From: Nemertoderma westbladi | Taxonomy: Eukaryota > Animalia > Xenacoelomorpha | Assembly (NCBI GenBank): GCA_032718475.1 | Contig: JAUCBJ010008009.1 | Coordinates: 1-64,000, forward strand | DNA: 64,000 bases | Direction: 5' to 3' | Shown here: positions 38,615 to 51,415 of the stretch, one piece after another | Numbering within the stretch: position 1 is the stretch's first letter | Layout: every line of letters starts with the position of its first letter | The notes under the pieces: generated by a model | What the model was told of the DNA's origin: nothing | Seen by the model: the letters and a program-made list of their open reading frames with translations, nothing else | Databases searched by the model: none | Program-made: the position numbers and the translations under genes

Positions 38615-40892
38615 CAGGGTCTGGAATCGAATAGAATCGAAAGCAATTTTTCGACATCGATTTCCCATATATTATTCGATTCGATTTCGATTCGATTCAG
38701 CACAATTTCGATTCGATTATTCGACCTTTCCATATTAACTTAATTATTTGTCATTAAATAAACATTATAAATTTTTTTCTTAAATTGTTAATATACATTA
38801 TAAATTTTTTTCTTAAATTGTTATTTTTAATTGGAACTTCTCAAATTTAATCATAATGGTTGAAAGAGCATCGAAGTTGAAAAGGTTTACAAGTACTGTA
38901 ATTAGTGCAAAATCTAATCACACCTCAAAAGTTATTGTAACTTTTTAGTGTTGTGTGCACGGTGTACACTAAAACATAATTCAATATCCAATATTAGTTT
39001 ATGTACGATGTTAAGCGGCTCTCTAATTGCGTAATAAACATTCGAGAACACTAAATTATTTAACATTGAGTAAGGTAGCATCAGGAGTTGAATAGTGCAG
39101 TACAATAATGTTAATTGCAGTAACCATGGAAGCAATATAGTAAAATACCAGTTCAATTTATTTTGAACACTATTTTGTTCAATCTTTTATTAAAGAATTG
39201 AGCAACAAATTTAATTAATGATACAATTACGTATTACATGGGAAAAAAACGTACAAAATTATTAAAAATATATATAAAATACAGTAGTAGGCCAACCTCG
39301 AGAATAGTGGGAAAAAGTTGTACTTTTTTCCCATGTAATAAATAATTATTTTTATATTTTACTGTTGGCCAAATTATGCCAAAAAATAATATGTATGTAC
39401 ATTATTCCATTAGGGATCAGGGGGTGGGGTCCGAACTTGACAAGAATGTAGCATAGCACAGGTGAGTACAAAACAAAGACTCAAGACCTGTACGAAAACC
39501 TGTGTTAACTTTCGTTTATTATTTTGGTTCCCCCAACACGCCTCTGTAACCTGCTCCTTTACTATCCTGCTCCTTTAATGGCAATGTGACCTAACGCTCT
39601 TTGGGACCTAACTCGACTAACTTAATCATGTACTATATCGAATCTAAGTGAAATTTATTAACAGTAATACAGTATTAATTATCTAATATCTTAATAATCT
39701 CCTGCATGGATGTGATAAATCAGTAATCCATCTAGACTATAGTCGACTGAAGCAAATTTAGTCACCGTCTGTGTCACTTCAGTTTTACTAAACACTGTCG
39801 GGACTGTCGCTAAAGTGTCTTCGCGAAATGTAATCCCCCACTGCCACCCCCATGGTTCGCCCCACTCACCTCGTTCAAGGCCTCCCCCACTCCCACCTCA
39901 ATGGCTCGCCCCACTCAAATCGTTCAAGGCGTCCCCCACTCCCACCTCCATGGCTCACCCGATTCACCTAGTTCAAGATCTCCTCCACTCCTACCTCCAT
40001 GGCTCGCCCCACTCACCTAGCTAGTCCCGTCACTGTAAACTGGATAATAAAGCAGCACTCCTTAACATAAATGGAAATAATGCATGTTAGAATATGGTAA
40101 TTGAAGTGGTTTCCATGTTATTGATTACTTTGCAGCTTTACGTCCTTTAGGCCGCAACGCTGCAAAGTGGTACTTTGCAGCGTTGCGAATAATTCACCAG
40201 AACGCTGTTAAGTTGACATAATGTAACAAAAATAAGTAGTTAACATGTCCATTCATTTATTTGTATTATCAAATTATCTAATATTAGCTAGTACATAAAA
40301 ATGTAATGTAATAAAGGTTTTTAAAAATGTTCCAGTGGTATATAATTATTTTATTAATACGTTGCAACTTGTTGTTGGACTCCTCACACGCGAAATGTTT
40401 CTGAGTGAGTATCCAGCAACTATTGCTGACCCCTCACATGGAGCAACTTTTGTTTCAGAAACAAGTTGCAGAAACAAAAGGTGCTCCGTGTTGAGGTTTA
40501 AGAGGACCATCAGTCATTAACCCAAGTTTATTATATTTTATTTATAAAACTACTACTCTGAAATTTTTAATATAAAGCTTCTGAACATTTTGGTATATCT
40601 TAGATGAATATTGAGTGACAAATAATAAAGTAGTAGGGTATTTAGTGATGAAATATGTCAAAAAATTTAAATAACAAAACAGTTAAAACACACTATTTCT
40701 ATAAATCACATAATTAATTAAATCAATCTAGGCTGTCGGCTGTGATTATGTTTAATTTTCAAAAGTAGAATCGAATATTTTCTTTCGATTTTCGATTCGA
40801 TTCGATTTCTTGAAATATCGCTTTCGATTCGATTTCGACCCAGTGAAATTCGTTCGATTTTCGATTCGATTTCGATTCGATCCCAGTCCCTG
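38615..40892. mobile_element. hAT-like non-autonomous DNA transposon
   Basis: TIR CAGGGWCTGGRATCGAAT; 8-bp TSD ATAGCAAG at 38607-38614 and 40893-40900; subterminal TTCGA arrays at both ends. Confidence 0.92.
39845..40020. repeat. ~50-bp C-rich tandem repeat, ~3.5 copies
   Basis: Repeating CCATGGCTCGCCCCACTCACCTCGTTCAAGGCCTCCCCCACTCCCACCT. Confidence 0.8.
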
Positions 40893-41519
40893 ATAGCAAG
40901 TACCTGAGATTCCATTACGGAGTGATGGGACCATTTGGTTTTCTGTTAAACCAGATTGAACAAGCAAGATGAGTTCTTGGCAGCAGAGTGCACCAAGGTT
41001 AGCAGCAGAGTGCACCAAGGTTATCAGCAGAGTGCACCAAGGTCTCAGCAAGTAGGTCAATGATGTGTGGAGAACTAGACAATGTAGCAACTAGTGAAGC
41101 TAAGCTGGTTGTTTGGGGATTTCACATAGAGATTGTTCATCCTCCAGATTCTCATCTGATGGATCTACGACTGGGGAATGAGACAGGGCATCAGCATACT
41201 GGTGGGTTTTTCCAGCAGCACAGGTTGTGTGGAAATAGTAGGCAGATGTTTCATTTCTTGAGCCTCTGGCGCCTGGGATTCATTACCTCATCTAATGTAT
41301 ATTTATTAGTATTGTGTGTGGTCTGTTATAAGGAAGAGGGGCATTTCTTCGGAGCCCATTTGACTTCTAAGAGCTCATATTCAACTATAGCATATCTTGA
41401 TTCAGTCTCAAAATTGAACGGGGAGCCATACTGGATCAGGTGGAGTGGCTCATCACGGCGTTGCATTATATCCGAGCCCGTGTATATCCAAGCCTGTGCA
41501 TGGGGATGCATTTGGGATA

Positions 41520-42501
41520 CTGGGATCCAGGGAGACACACATGCACCATTCTTGTTCATAATTGTGGTTGACAATGTTCTACGCATGTCCTTAGATCATC
41601 ATAATGATGATGGGGTGATGATAACTCCACCTACTGGCTCCAGAAGTCGAGGAAATCCTGCCAAGTACCTAACTGATCTAGACTTTGCTGATGACTTAGG
41701 AGTACTCTCAGAATCACTGGAGGGAGCCCAACGGCTCCTGAGCTCATTAGAACAGGCTGCTTCTAGTGTTGGTCTTTTTATTAACTCCAGAAAGACCAAA
41801 ATTTTGACAGTTAACTTTGAAAGTCCTCAGCAAGTCTCTGATCGGATGAGCATAAGCTCAAAGGATGGTATGCTTGAGCATGTGGACGACTTCTGTTGCG
41901 TGGGATCATGGATCCGGAAGTCAGGTGAGGATCTTCGAATACGTAAGGGAAAGACATGGGAAGCCTTGAATAGGCTTTCCAGGATTTGGAAGTCACTGAG
42001 AAGTAATCGGAAACTTAAGGTCCGATTATTTAGAGCAGCAGTAGTTCCAGTACTCTTCTATGGGAGTCCATGCTGGGCTCTAACTGCTGAGGACACCAAA
42101 TCTCTGGTTGGCACATTCACAAGAATGCTACGCCGCGTTCATTGTGTCAAGTACAATGCACACATCTCCAACCAGACACTATATAACATTGGAGGTATCT
42201 CATTGGTTCCCCCAAGCTTGACACTAGAACAAATCGCCTCCGCTTTGCAGGACATTGCTTTCGCCGTGAGGACCAGCCAGTGCATAATCTTGTACTCTGG
42301 CAGCCTCATGGAGTGAATAAGCATGGTGGATAGCCCATGACTTTCTTGAGACGCATCTTAAAGGACACTGGCCTTGGAGATGCGGATGATCTAGCATATG
42401 TCATGGGTGATTAAGGAGTTGTGGCGGCGCAATTTTGTCGACAAGCCTGCACAGCATTCTTAAAAATGCAGCTGCAATGCAATATGCCGATCCTAGTAGT
42501 A
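41520..42501 (+). mobile_element. 5'-truncated RTE-like LINE, copy 2 (same family as 7910-9158)
   Basis: Near-identical to copy 1 through the GATCCTAGTAGTA 3' end; degenerate TSD GGGATGC(A/C)TT(T)GG at ~41503 and 42502. Confidence 0.9.
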
Positions 42502-43587
42502 GGGATGCCTTGGTATGAAGAATAGTTTATCCACTGCAGGTACTGAGACAAGGCATGGGTGGCCTTGACGTTGACAAATGTCTCATCATGGCTTGTTTCT
42601 CAGATGAAAACATTCCTTTGTTAAAGAAGTGGATATATTAGGTGTAGGCAGTTGAAGCAATTATTAATTGTGAGAAGTTTCCCAGTTGATCTACGAAACC
42701 GAGGAAGTTGATATATATTAGTGTGTTTAGTGAACTCTGTGACAGCTGGAAGGTTCTTAGGGTCAGCTTCGAGCTCTGCAGCAGGTGCCCGAGTGTACAT
42801 TGCAGCAGCCCAAGGGATTAGTAAATGTAATAAGGGCCTGTGTTTCTTTGTTGGTGGAACCTATCAGTAACCATATTTACTATTGATTGTTGAAAATAAT
42901 ATAATTTCTTTGAGAATGTCAGACAAGGAGTGGTGGAGTTTTAACGGGATATTCAGGGCATTAAACAAACTTGTTGAGATTGTTGAGGATATGCTACAGA
43001 TATCGGCTCTGGCATTGAGTTCCTCGAGGGTTGCCCTGTACTCGTAAGCTCACCAGTTGCCTTTGAGCAGTTAATGATCAGCAACTCAACATAGTCAAGT
43101 GCCATGTTTCGTTTGTTACACAGATAACTATCCAATTCCTGGTCCGAATCCAATGTTCGTCATTTGTATCAATGTGACAGTTAATCTCATCATCTATCAT
43201 GAGCCTGTTCCAAGGAGGATGTCCGTCAATTTATTAAGTTATTGGGTATGGTTAATCGGTTGGTACAGTGATGATGGGTAAAGATTTCCCATCAATGCCA
43301 CCAAGTGCAAAAGTCCACCAGGGTGATGGTTAGTTGCTGTAGAAGGAGTTCAACCTGAACAGGAGAGTTGGAATTTTTTGGTCTATTTGTATTTTAGATT
43401 TGTTTAGAGCACTATTTATAATGATCTCGGTCTTGCGCATATTTTTGGAGTTTTTATTGTATTGATGTGCTGTAATATATTTTTTCTGCTGCTATTATGA
43501 TGGAGGTCAATTTATTCCTATATATTTTTTTAATTTAATGAGGTTTATTGAAATGGTGAATATTAGGTGAATTATTTACACTTGGTT

Positions 43588-46500
43588 CAGGGTGTAACAA
43601 AAGGACCCTTACAGCCAGCAGCAGGGCTGTAGGCCATGGATAGGTGGAAGGTAATCGGCTAACCAACGGCTAGACATGCTGACAAGGTCGGTGGAAGGTA
43701 ATCAACCAATGGCGACCTACTGTAAAGACGCTTGTAGGAGTTGCGACCATAAGCGGTTTATTCTCGCAACTGAAAGATATGAGTATGAGAATCCTGCAGG
43801 AGAAATACTGGCTTGGTCGTCGCCCAGGTCAACAAGGACCGTGTCCCTCAGTGGTACAACATGCTGGGGTCGATAAATTGGCTACTGGTACAGAAGACAG
43901 AGATGAAAGAAGAACCAACCTGTTAAAATGTAAAAAGACACTAAAGATTGCTACAATGAATGCACGCACACTGAAAGCACATTCCAAACAGGGTGACATG
44001 GTCACTCTGCCAATGGAATATAACATCGACATCATCTGCATCCAAGAACATCGGATTTGTCATGAAGACACTGACATGAAGTACAATGACATTGGAAATG
44101 GATGGACGTTAGTAACAAGCTCAGCAGTAAGAAACTCGGCCAATGCATCAATTGGTGGAGTAGGAATACTGCTAAACCCATTTGCACTTAAGACTCTAAA
44201 CAACATCGAATCTACAAATTCCAGGGTTATGATCGCAACAATTGATGGGAATCCCAAGGCAACAGTTATATGTTGCTACAGTCCAACCAATGCCTCAGTG
44301 CCACAACAAGCAGTCAAGTTTTATGAAGATCTGACTGGACTTATAAAGGACATTCAGAAACACAATGTTAAAGTCATTGCTGGTGACCTGAATGAGCAAA
44401 TTGGCCCAGAAGATACCAAGGGTTACACCTATAACACCAGTTTAAGCCTTTCCGAGAGTCGCATGGCACAGGATGCCGCTTACAAGGTGGTGCAGGAATC
44501 AGCGCTCCTTTCCATACCAACTGATTGGCGCCATACATGGTGTCCCATAAGACGGGTGGGTGGCTTACGGCGCAGCCTTCTGTGGTCGACCACATCAATC
44601 TTGCTCTGGAGGTATTCCGCGACAACCTCGCACTCAGGTATGGCCTCACGCCACCTGGTCTCCCGGCAAGGTGTGAAGGGTGTGCTGAGTCGTTTACGAC
44701 AACACACGCCCTGAACTGCAAGTCGGGGGGACTCATCATCAAGAGGCATGATGAACTGAGTGAGGTTTTTGGGGACATCTTAGCCTCGGCATTCAGTGGG
44801 TCATGTGTGCAGCGTGAAGTCACACTGTGCACAGGCCACTTGGACAGGAGGGGTCGTGAGGTTGGAGGGGTGAGGGCTGACCTGCTAGCGAGAGGAGTCT
44901 GGGCCAAACAGAGGGTGGTGTCATTTGACATTGCGGTAGTAAACGCCAACGCCCCCTCATATGTCAATCGGTCACTGGACTCCATCCTCGAGCAGCGAGT
45001 ACGAGCTAAGAAGGCTCATTACAGTGTGGTGTGAGAGGATCGTCGGATCTCCTTCACCCCCCTAGTCGGTACCACCGATGGGGTGTGGTGCAAGGAGGCC
45101 GACATACTGACTGCCACCTAGCAGAGACACTTGTGACTCGGCAGCAGGGGATGCGCGAACAAGGCCTAGCATCCGTCATCGGTGAAGTTTGGATGCGGCT
45201 CCAGTTCGCGCTCATCCGCTCCAATTCCCTCTGCTTACGTGGAGGCTGGCGGACGTGGAGGCCACTCGGTTTTGGGGATGGTGCGGGTCTGCGGGGGTCT
45301 GACCTAACAGAACAATGCTAAGTTTAATTAATTTTATCTTGCTTTGGTGATTGTTAGGATAATAAATTATTTAACTGTGTGTATAAATATTTATCTTATC
45401 TGTATTATTGATTATAATATATATTGTTTAATGAATTTATCTTGGTGCAATGCAGACTGTATAACAGAACATGTACATTACTTACAGTAAGTACATTACC
45501 TGTCAACTCAATAATTTTAGATAATAATAGCGAGTCATCATCAGTCATATTGGAATTTAGTTTTACTGTAATTTTGTCCTAATCATGGATTATCTTTATT
45601 TCTGTCATCTGTGTTTTTATGTTTGAATTTTGAGATATATTTTTATTGATACTGGTGTTCTAAGAGAAATAGGTACTTACTTTTAGACCTAATTGAAGGA
45701 TGTGAATTGATAGCAACAAACAACACATTCGAAAAGAGTCAGGGGAAGCTATGGACCTTTCAATACCCTAATGGAACCAGAGCACAACTGGATTACATCC
45801 TTATAAACAAAAAGTGGAGAAACAGCATGATCAACTGCGAGGCATACAGCTCATTCAACCTAATTGGTTCGGACCATAGAATTGTGACTGCAGAGATCAG
45901 ACTCAATTTGAGAGCCAACAAACCCAGGACAAGCAAGCAAATCAACTATGACTGGGAGAAACTCAGAACTGACAATGCTGTAAAGGATGCTTACACAGTA
46001 GAAGTTCAAAACCGCTTTGAAGCACTTCAGTCAATGGATGAAGACCAGTCCACCGATTCAAGATACCAGAATATAATAACAGCCCACAAGGAATCAGCTA
46101 AGAGGCATATCCCCTGTGCCATGGCAAAACTCTGAGGTTACTTGTAAGAGAGAAGATTATATATAATTTATATATATATATATAATTTATCTATAATTTT
46201 TTAGAAATTGAAAAAAGTGGTTTAATTACATAGGTCCCTCCTTAAGATAGCCTACAAAGTTAAAACCGAACAACCAACAACCGAAAACATTAACAAGGTT
46301 GAGAAAGCTGAGGACAATCTTAAATTGGCCTACAACATCAGCCAGGAAATGTACATACAGGATAAAATTGAAGCAATTACAACTGCTCACAAACAGAAAC
46401 AGAAACATTCAAGACTCACCTGGCCAACTGTAAATGAGGTATCTGGTCGAAAAAGTTGTGCAAAGGGGCGCCTCAAAGCCGATAGCCCTGAAGAACATGT

Positions 46501-46975
46501 TGGGAAGTGGAAAAATCACTTCAGCAACTTGCTTGGGCAGCCACCAAACATTTAGGTCAGCCCTACAAGGAAAATATATGACAAGACACTACATATAGAA
46601 ACAGGGGACTTCACACCTGCCGAACTCCAAAGAAGCATTAAAAGCATGTCCAATAATAAAGCGAGTGGATTAGATGAAATCCCAGCGGAGGTATGGAAAA
46701 CCGGAGTGCTAAACAGATTATTATTGAATGTTTGCAACCAGATGTTAAAAGGGGAAAAGCCACCACCAATTTGGACTAAAGGTAAACTAAACCCTCTCCC
46801 CAAGAAAGGAGACCTCGGCATACCAACAAACTATCGTGGGATGTGTCTGCGTGTGAAATATACAATAAAATGATTCTATATAGGATTAGGCCTCATATAG
46901 AGAAACTACTGCATAAGAGCCAAAATGGATTTCGACCAAATAGATCAACAATAACTCAGATACTTGCACTATGGA
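43588..46975 (+). mobile_element. Decayed RTE-like LINE, 5' part (UTR, APE endonuclease, start of RT), cut off by the BEL insertion
   Basis: KIATMNARTL, ICIQEHR, GGVG, YSPT, GDLN, QLDYIL, SDH, KASGLDEIP, NYRG, QNGFR...QILAL. Confidence 0.88.
44442..45650 (+). mobile_element. 3' fragment of a second CRE-like REL retroposon inserted in the APE domain of the LINE
   Basis: GWLT..P, FRDNLALRYG, CEGC...HALNC.SGG.IIKRHDE, RADLLARGVW, FDIAVV; the host APE frame resumes at ~45660. Confidence 0.8.
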
Positions 46976-48181
46976 TGTTCGCGCTTTCAGACCTTTGGCA
47001 GTTTAACCCACCAAATTAAGATGTCTTCTAGATATTAAATCGGTTTTTAGTCTATGACAAGTATTTGATTCACTACACTAGTCGAAACCAATCTGTGCGC
47101 GATCATTCACCCGCTGGATATTCCCGGGAGATTGGGTTCGACGGTTTAATTTTATTGCTATGTAAGCCTAATGTATTATTCGACTGACAGTATTATATAA
47201 TCTCTGACAATATTATTCACCTTCGGGAATATTAACAGTTCCTTTAGGACGTGGCGCTTTATCTATATAAACAGAGTTATGACTTAAACTACTCACAACG
47301 ATATGGCTCAATTATAATTCACATATATGGCGCATTCTTTAGGAATTGCTTCTTTAACAGACTCACTCATACACAATGCTGCACAATACTGCACACTAAT
47401 CTGCCAATCTTCACTGATTTTAGTCACATATAAAAGGAACACAGACTGACTCATGTAGGGTCTATCAAATAACATTAGATTCACTTCAAACCACTTCAAC
47501 ATAAGTCACAATCGTTATTGGTAACCTTTCTCTCTTACCTTCGGTATATCAAGAATATTGGGTTTCGGGGTTATTTATCGTTATTCCAAATATAATAATT
47601 CATCAACCATATTATGAAGAACTGACAGTAAATAGCAGTATAAAACAACAATGAAAACACTGATTGTTATGAGTTTGCAATGTTTCAGCAGTCAGTATGT
47701 ATGATCAGTTAGCAGTGAGATATTTACAGTTAAAGGATATATGTCCTTATAATTAAACCTACTAGTGTAAGACTAAAAACTGAAACACGGAGGTGCCAAA
47801 AGCCGGTTCTTAGGCTCTGGGCAAAAACATAACACTGAACTACTGAGTTTCTGTATATACCTCCAACACAGAGACAACAAACGCTCTGATTGGTCAACCT
47901 GAACAACGAGAGAACAAAGAAACAAAGAAACGTCGACGTGGCAATATCAGCTGCTAGCCGTCGTCATGGTAGCGACACTGTTTTCAAGAGTATCGAGCTT
48001 TTACGTCACAGAATTACGGATTATGTCCTCTAAAGTACAAATACAGAAGAAATAGCTTTTATGTCCGCTAAAACACCAGTACAGCAAGGACACGGCCTTT
48101 TTATGCCTGGTAAACCAACTACAGAGTATTTTACGGGAAAATAAGGAAAAATAACCGGACAATTCAGCAAAAGCTTTTACA
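46976..48181 (-). promoter_or_regulatory. Predicted 3' LTR (1206 bp) of the BEL element
   Basis: TGT...ACA termini; purine tract GGGAGCGG immediately 5' on the minus strand (48182-48189); minus-strand CCAAT (47889-47893), TATATA (47854-47859), TCAGT Inr (47834-47838) and AATAAA (47151-47156) in the expected order. The second LTR is not in the window. Confidence 0.72.
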
Positions 48182-50569
48182 CCGCTCCCAGAAAATGGGA
48201 TTTTCAGTCTATAAAATATAAAAATCACAGTTTCTAAAACATAAAGATACTCTAAACAGTTAGTCTTTCTTACGCAGACGGCGTTTACGCAGTTTTTTGA
48301 GGCTAGCAAGAGTCTTTTTCTCTTTGGGGGGAGCCACTTTACTAGGAGGGCCATAACTCCTGGGTGAAGGGTGCAATATGATTGCATCAGAAGGTGTAGG
48401 ATTGTGGTCGAGGTATCTGCCGTTTCGATATGCTTCTCCTCGAGCTGATTTTCCTCCGCTCGTAGCTGGATACGTTCATCCAAAAACTCTCGCAGAGAAT
48501 AGGATCGTCCAAGTTCGATAACTTCTTAGAGATTCTGGATTTCCCAATCGAATTGAGATAAGGCCAATTCGTTCATCGATTGGACTTACTGTTATAACTT
48601 ACGTTTATCTGAACAAACGCAGGTTTCCCTTTTGATCTTTATAGAATAGCGTTTAACTCGTTTCGTACAACGCTCTCCTTCACCTTGATGAGGGGTTATA
48701 TCGCGTTAAACGGGGACGACCATACGGTTGGATAGTGATATTAGGTGTCCGCGTCACAATCCGGCTAGGTAAGATGGGCGGCTAGCTAGAAATCACTGTC
48801 GGAGTGTTACCGATTAATTGTTAGGGTAGCACTAGATCTTTGAACAATGAATACAGTCCGCGAGGATCCGCGACACTACCAGGATCGCAGGTCTGAGGTC
48901 CAACTAAGGAATGAGGAGGTTTGACCGAGTATTCCGGGACTCTGATCGTAGGTTTACTCCAGGATCGTTCGAGCCGAGTGAGCATAGGTGATACGTCAAC
49001 AAGTTTCGGTTTCCGTGGATGTTTATGTCTTTCCGTTTATTAGTTGGGTCTAGGGCATTTATCGTAATAATACCAAAGACGCACGTCTGGTAAGGTAAAC
49101 GCGGGTGATATTTATTTGTTGTTACAATGCTTCTATCAAGAATTCCAAATATACGTTGGAGTTACCGCGTCCATTTGTTTCTTTAGTGTCTTTTCTTTCG
49201 AGTCGATTTCGAATAGAATTTTCGCATTCGAATTTCAGTTTATGGTTCCGACTCCGCTGGGCAGGATATATAGTCGACATAGTCCGTATTGGGTAAATCG
49301 ATAGGATGACCAGTAGTTAAGAAGCCCATATACGTACCATTACGCTGCGTATATCGAGCAACGAATTTTCTATAGTCCAACTCACGCGTGAGCTGCTCTT
49401 GGGACATTGGCGGTTCGATATAACGACCATCGTCCTCCGCAGCAGTTGGACCAACGTCGCCGCGTATCAAGCTATCAACAAACGCCTGCAAAAGTAGAGT
49501 ATATCGCTCCCCGATACCAAGACCATCTTCTATCAACTCCGTCATATCTGCTATATATGAGTTTGTCCATATTATAATGAGTCCACATTTAGGCGAGCGG
49601 GCGTCGCTGCCTACTCCAATTAACCCCCGGACAGTACGAGATCCTCAGCGCCGATGTGTCGTCGCCGCTGTACTTTCGCCAACGACGTAGCCGCACAACG
49701 ACAACGACAACCGGCACAAGTCACTCAACTGTCCGTCCCAAAGGCTTAGATGTACTTCAGGTTTTCCTTGGAGAGTTAGGTTACTTTACGATTGCGACTG
49801 GCTACTGTAAACACACCTTAGTAGTAACATTCGCCTATAAGCTCACAAGTACCACACACACAACTTGTCACAAATTACACACACTCAGGTCACTTGTCCG
49901 TTAGTCAATGCCTTCCAGAATGTCACTGTATTATTATGTATCCTTGGATACTAGCAGTGCGCTATTTATTCCCTATGCTATTCAATGGGACAAGCTTTCT
50001 ATTGTTCGTTTAACTCAATTCTAATTCTAGCGTGGTTGTTGCTATGGTGACATTATGCAAAGCTAGCGGTAGAATTAGAGTAATTCCAATGCATACAGAT
50101 CTGGGATGTTATTTAATAGTATTCTTTAATAGTCAATGTTCGGTTTTATACATGACTTTATGAATTTTATCGGCTATTGACTATGTTTGGGAGACTTTCA
50201 CACACTCATACGCATGATAAAATAAATCTCCGCTCCCTTGATCTATTAATTAATGGAATTTTGGGAATGTTATAAATTGCGTAAAAATGGCAATTTAGAA
50301 TATAGAGTAAGAGAGGGTGACTAAAATTTTAAGAGTTAATTTACGCATAGCTAACCCTCAGGCATTTTATTAATAATTAATTATATAATAATTTATAATA
50401 AAAGACCACACTCTTATTATTTTATTACACAATGCGTAGCTAGTATATTTTGAAATTATAAAAAAAAAAAAAATTTGTGAAAATATTGATACCTCTGACT
50501 CTGCGTGTCTAATATCTGTTATTTTAATCTACGAATTACGAACTTGATATCTGATTTGTCCAATTAATC

Positions 50570-51403
50570 ATGGGAGACTCTGCAACCGATACGTTTAACA
50601 AATGCCAAGACGCTATTTTATCACTTTTCGCCAAAGTAAAGCAAAAAAAGAGCGTTTCCATCGAGGACGAGAAGCTTATAACGGCGCAACTCCATGCTAT
50701 GAACTCACTGTACATGACGAATCTCGCCTCACTACCCCCAGTTTGGGAGAAATTAGCCAACTGCCAACAGGAACTAATCGAAGCAAAGAACGACCTAATT
50801 AAAGAAGTACGTCGGAACCCAACCACAGCCGGAGAAGGAACTGCCGGTACCGGTACACAAATCGGCCCAGCCCCACGTAACTACAGCAATGCAGTTAGGA
50901 ACGGAATTCCTGTACTTCCCCTACCTACGGGACCCGCGATACAGGTAGGGCACAACACTTTACACGCAAATTCAAGACCTCAGTCCACAATCACACGCGG
51001 GTGCAAAGTTGGTGGCCCCCTTCGCGCTGTAGCTTCAGCTTCTGAACGGCATATTAACAAGGAAATTATACCCACAGAAAGGAAGGCTCACATCTGCATA
51101 GGCCGCCTCGATCCAACGACCACAAGTGACGACGTTAAAAACTACCTCAGTAGCGAAAATCTTCCCTATGACGATGTGCTATCCGTGGCGCTACATCCAG
51201 ACTCACAGTATGCTACCTTTCACCTGATATGCAATCAAACTCACCGCAACTCCTTGATGGATCCTGACATCTGGGGGGAAGGGATATCTATTAAAAACTA
51301 TAAAATGTCAAAAGACGAGCGCCAACGCTTTGGCCTGAAGCCCCGTGACAACCGATCACTAGGAAATACAGTCTCTGGTTTGGAACAGCGTGACGTTATG
51401 TGA
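50570..51403 (+). CDS. LINE ORF1 protein (coiled coil plus RRM-like C-terminal domain)
   Basis: 277 aa; ICIGRLDPTTTSDDVKNYL...YATFHL...LMDPDIWGEGISIKNY resembles the C-terminal domain of invertebrate LINE ORF1. Confidence 0.85.
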   Translation: MGDSATDTFNKCQDAILSLFAKVKQKKSVSIEDEKLITAQLHAMNSLYMTNLASLPPVWEKLANCQQELIEAKNDLIKEVRRNPTTAGEGTAGTGTQIGPAPRNYSNAVRNGIPVLPLPTGPAIQVGHNTLHANSRPQSTITRGCKVGGPLRAVASASERHINKEIIPTERKAHICIGRLDPTTTSDDVKNYLSSENLPYDDVLSVALHPDSQYATFHLICNQTHRNSLMDPDIWGEGISIKNYKMSKDERQRFGLKPRDNRSLGNTVSGLEQRDVM

Positions 51404-51415
51404 CATACAGCATAC

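Larger units (their letters stand above)
38480..43400 (-). mobile_element. Decayed Ty3/Gypsy element interrupted by a hAT element and a LINE
   Basis: Minus strand: EADPKNL.AVTEF (RT end), LIQYGS.F..ETESRYAIVEYELLEVKWA (RNase H), and WNLRYLLSV*DMYILHDGRIIVPKSYRSSIL*CLHSSNQGIERMK (integrase Zn domain) restored across the hAT insertion; boundaries approximate. Confidence 0.8.

Noticed and set aside
38384-41043. Short local duplications (36 bp x2 at 38384; ~21 bp x3 at 40982)
   Set aside because: Ordinary slippage in dead TE sequence.
41060-42316. 418-aa ORF as a novel gene
   Set aside because: Chimera of antisense Gypsy sequence reading into an inserted LINE RT.
43779-44714. 311-aa ORF as an APE fusion protein
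   Set aside because: APE frame runs out-of-frame into the inserted CRE fragment.
49630-49685. Hammerhead ribozyme (minus-strand GAAA...CTGAGGA)
   Set aside because: Stems I-III and the NUH site cannot be formed around the core words.
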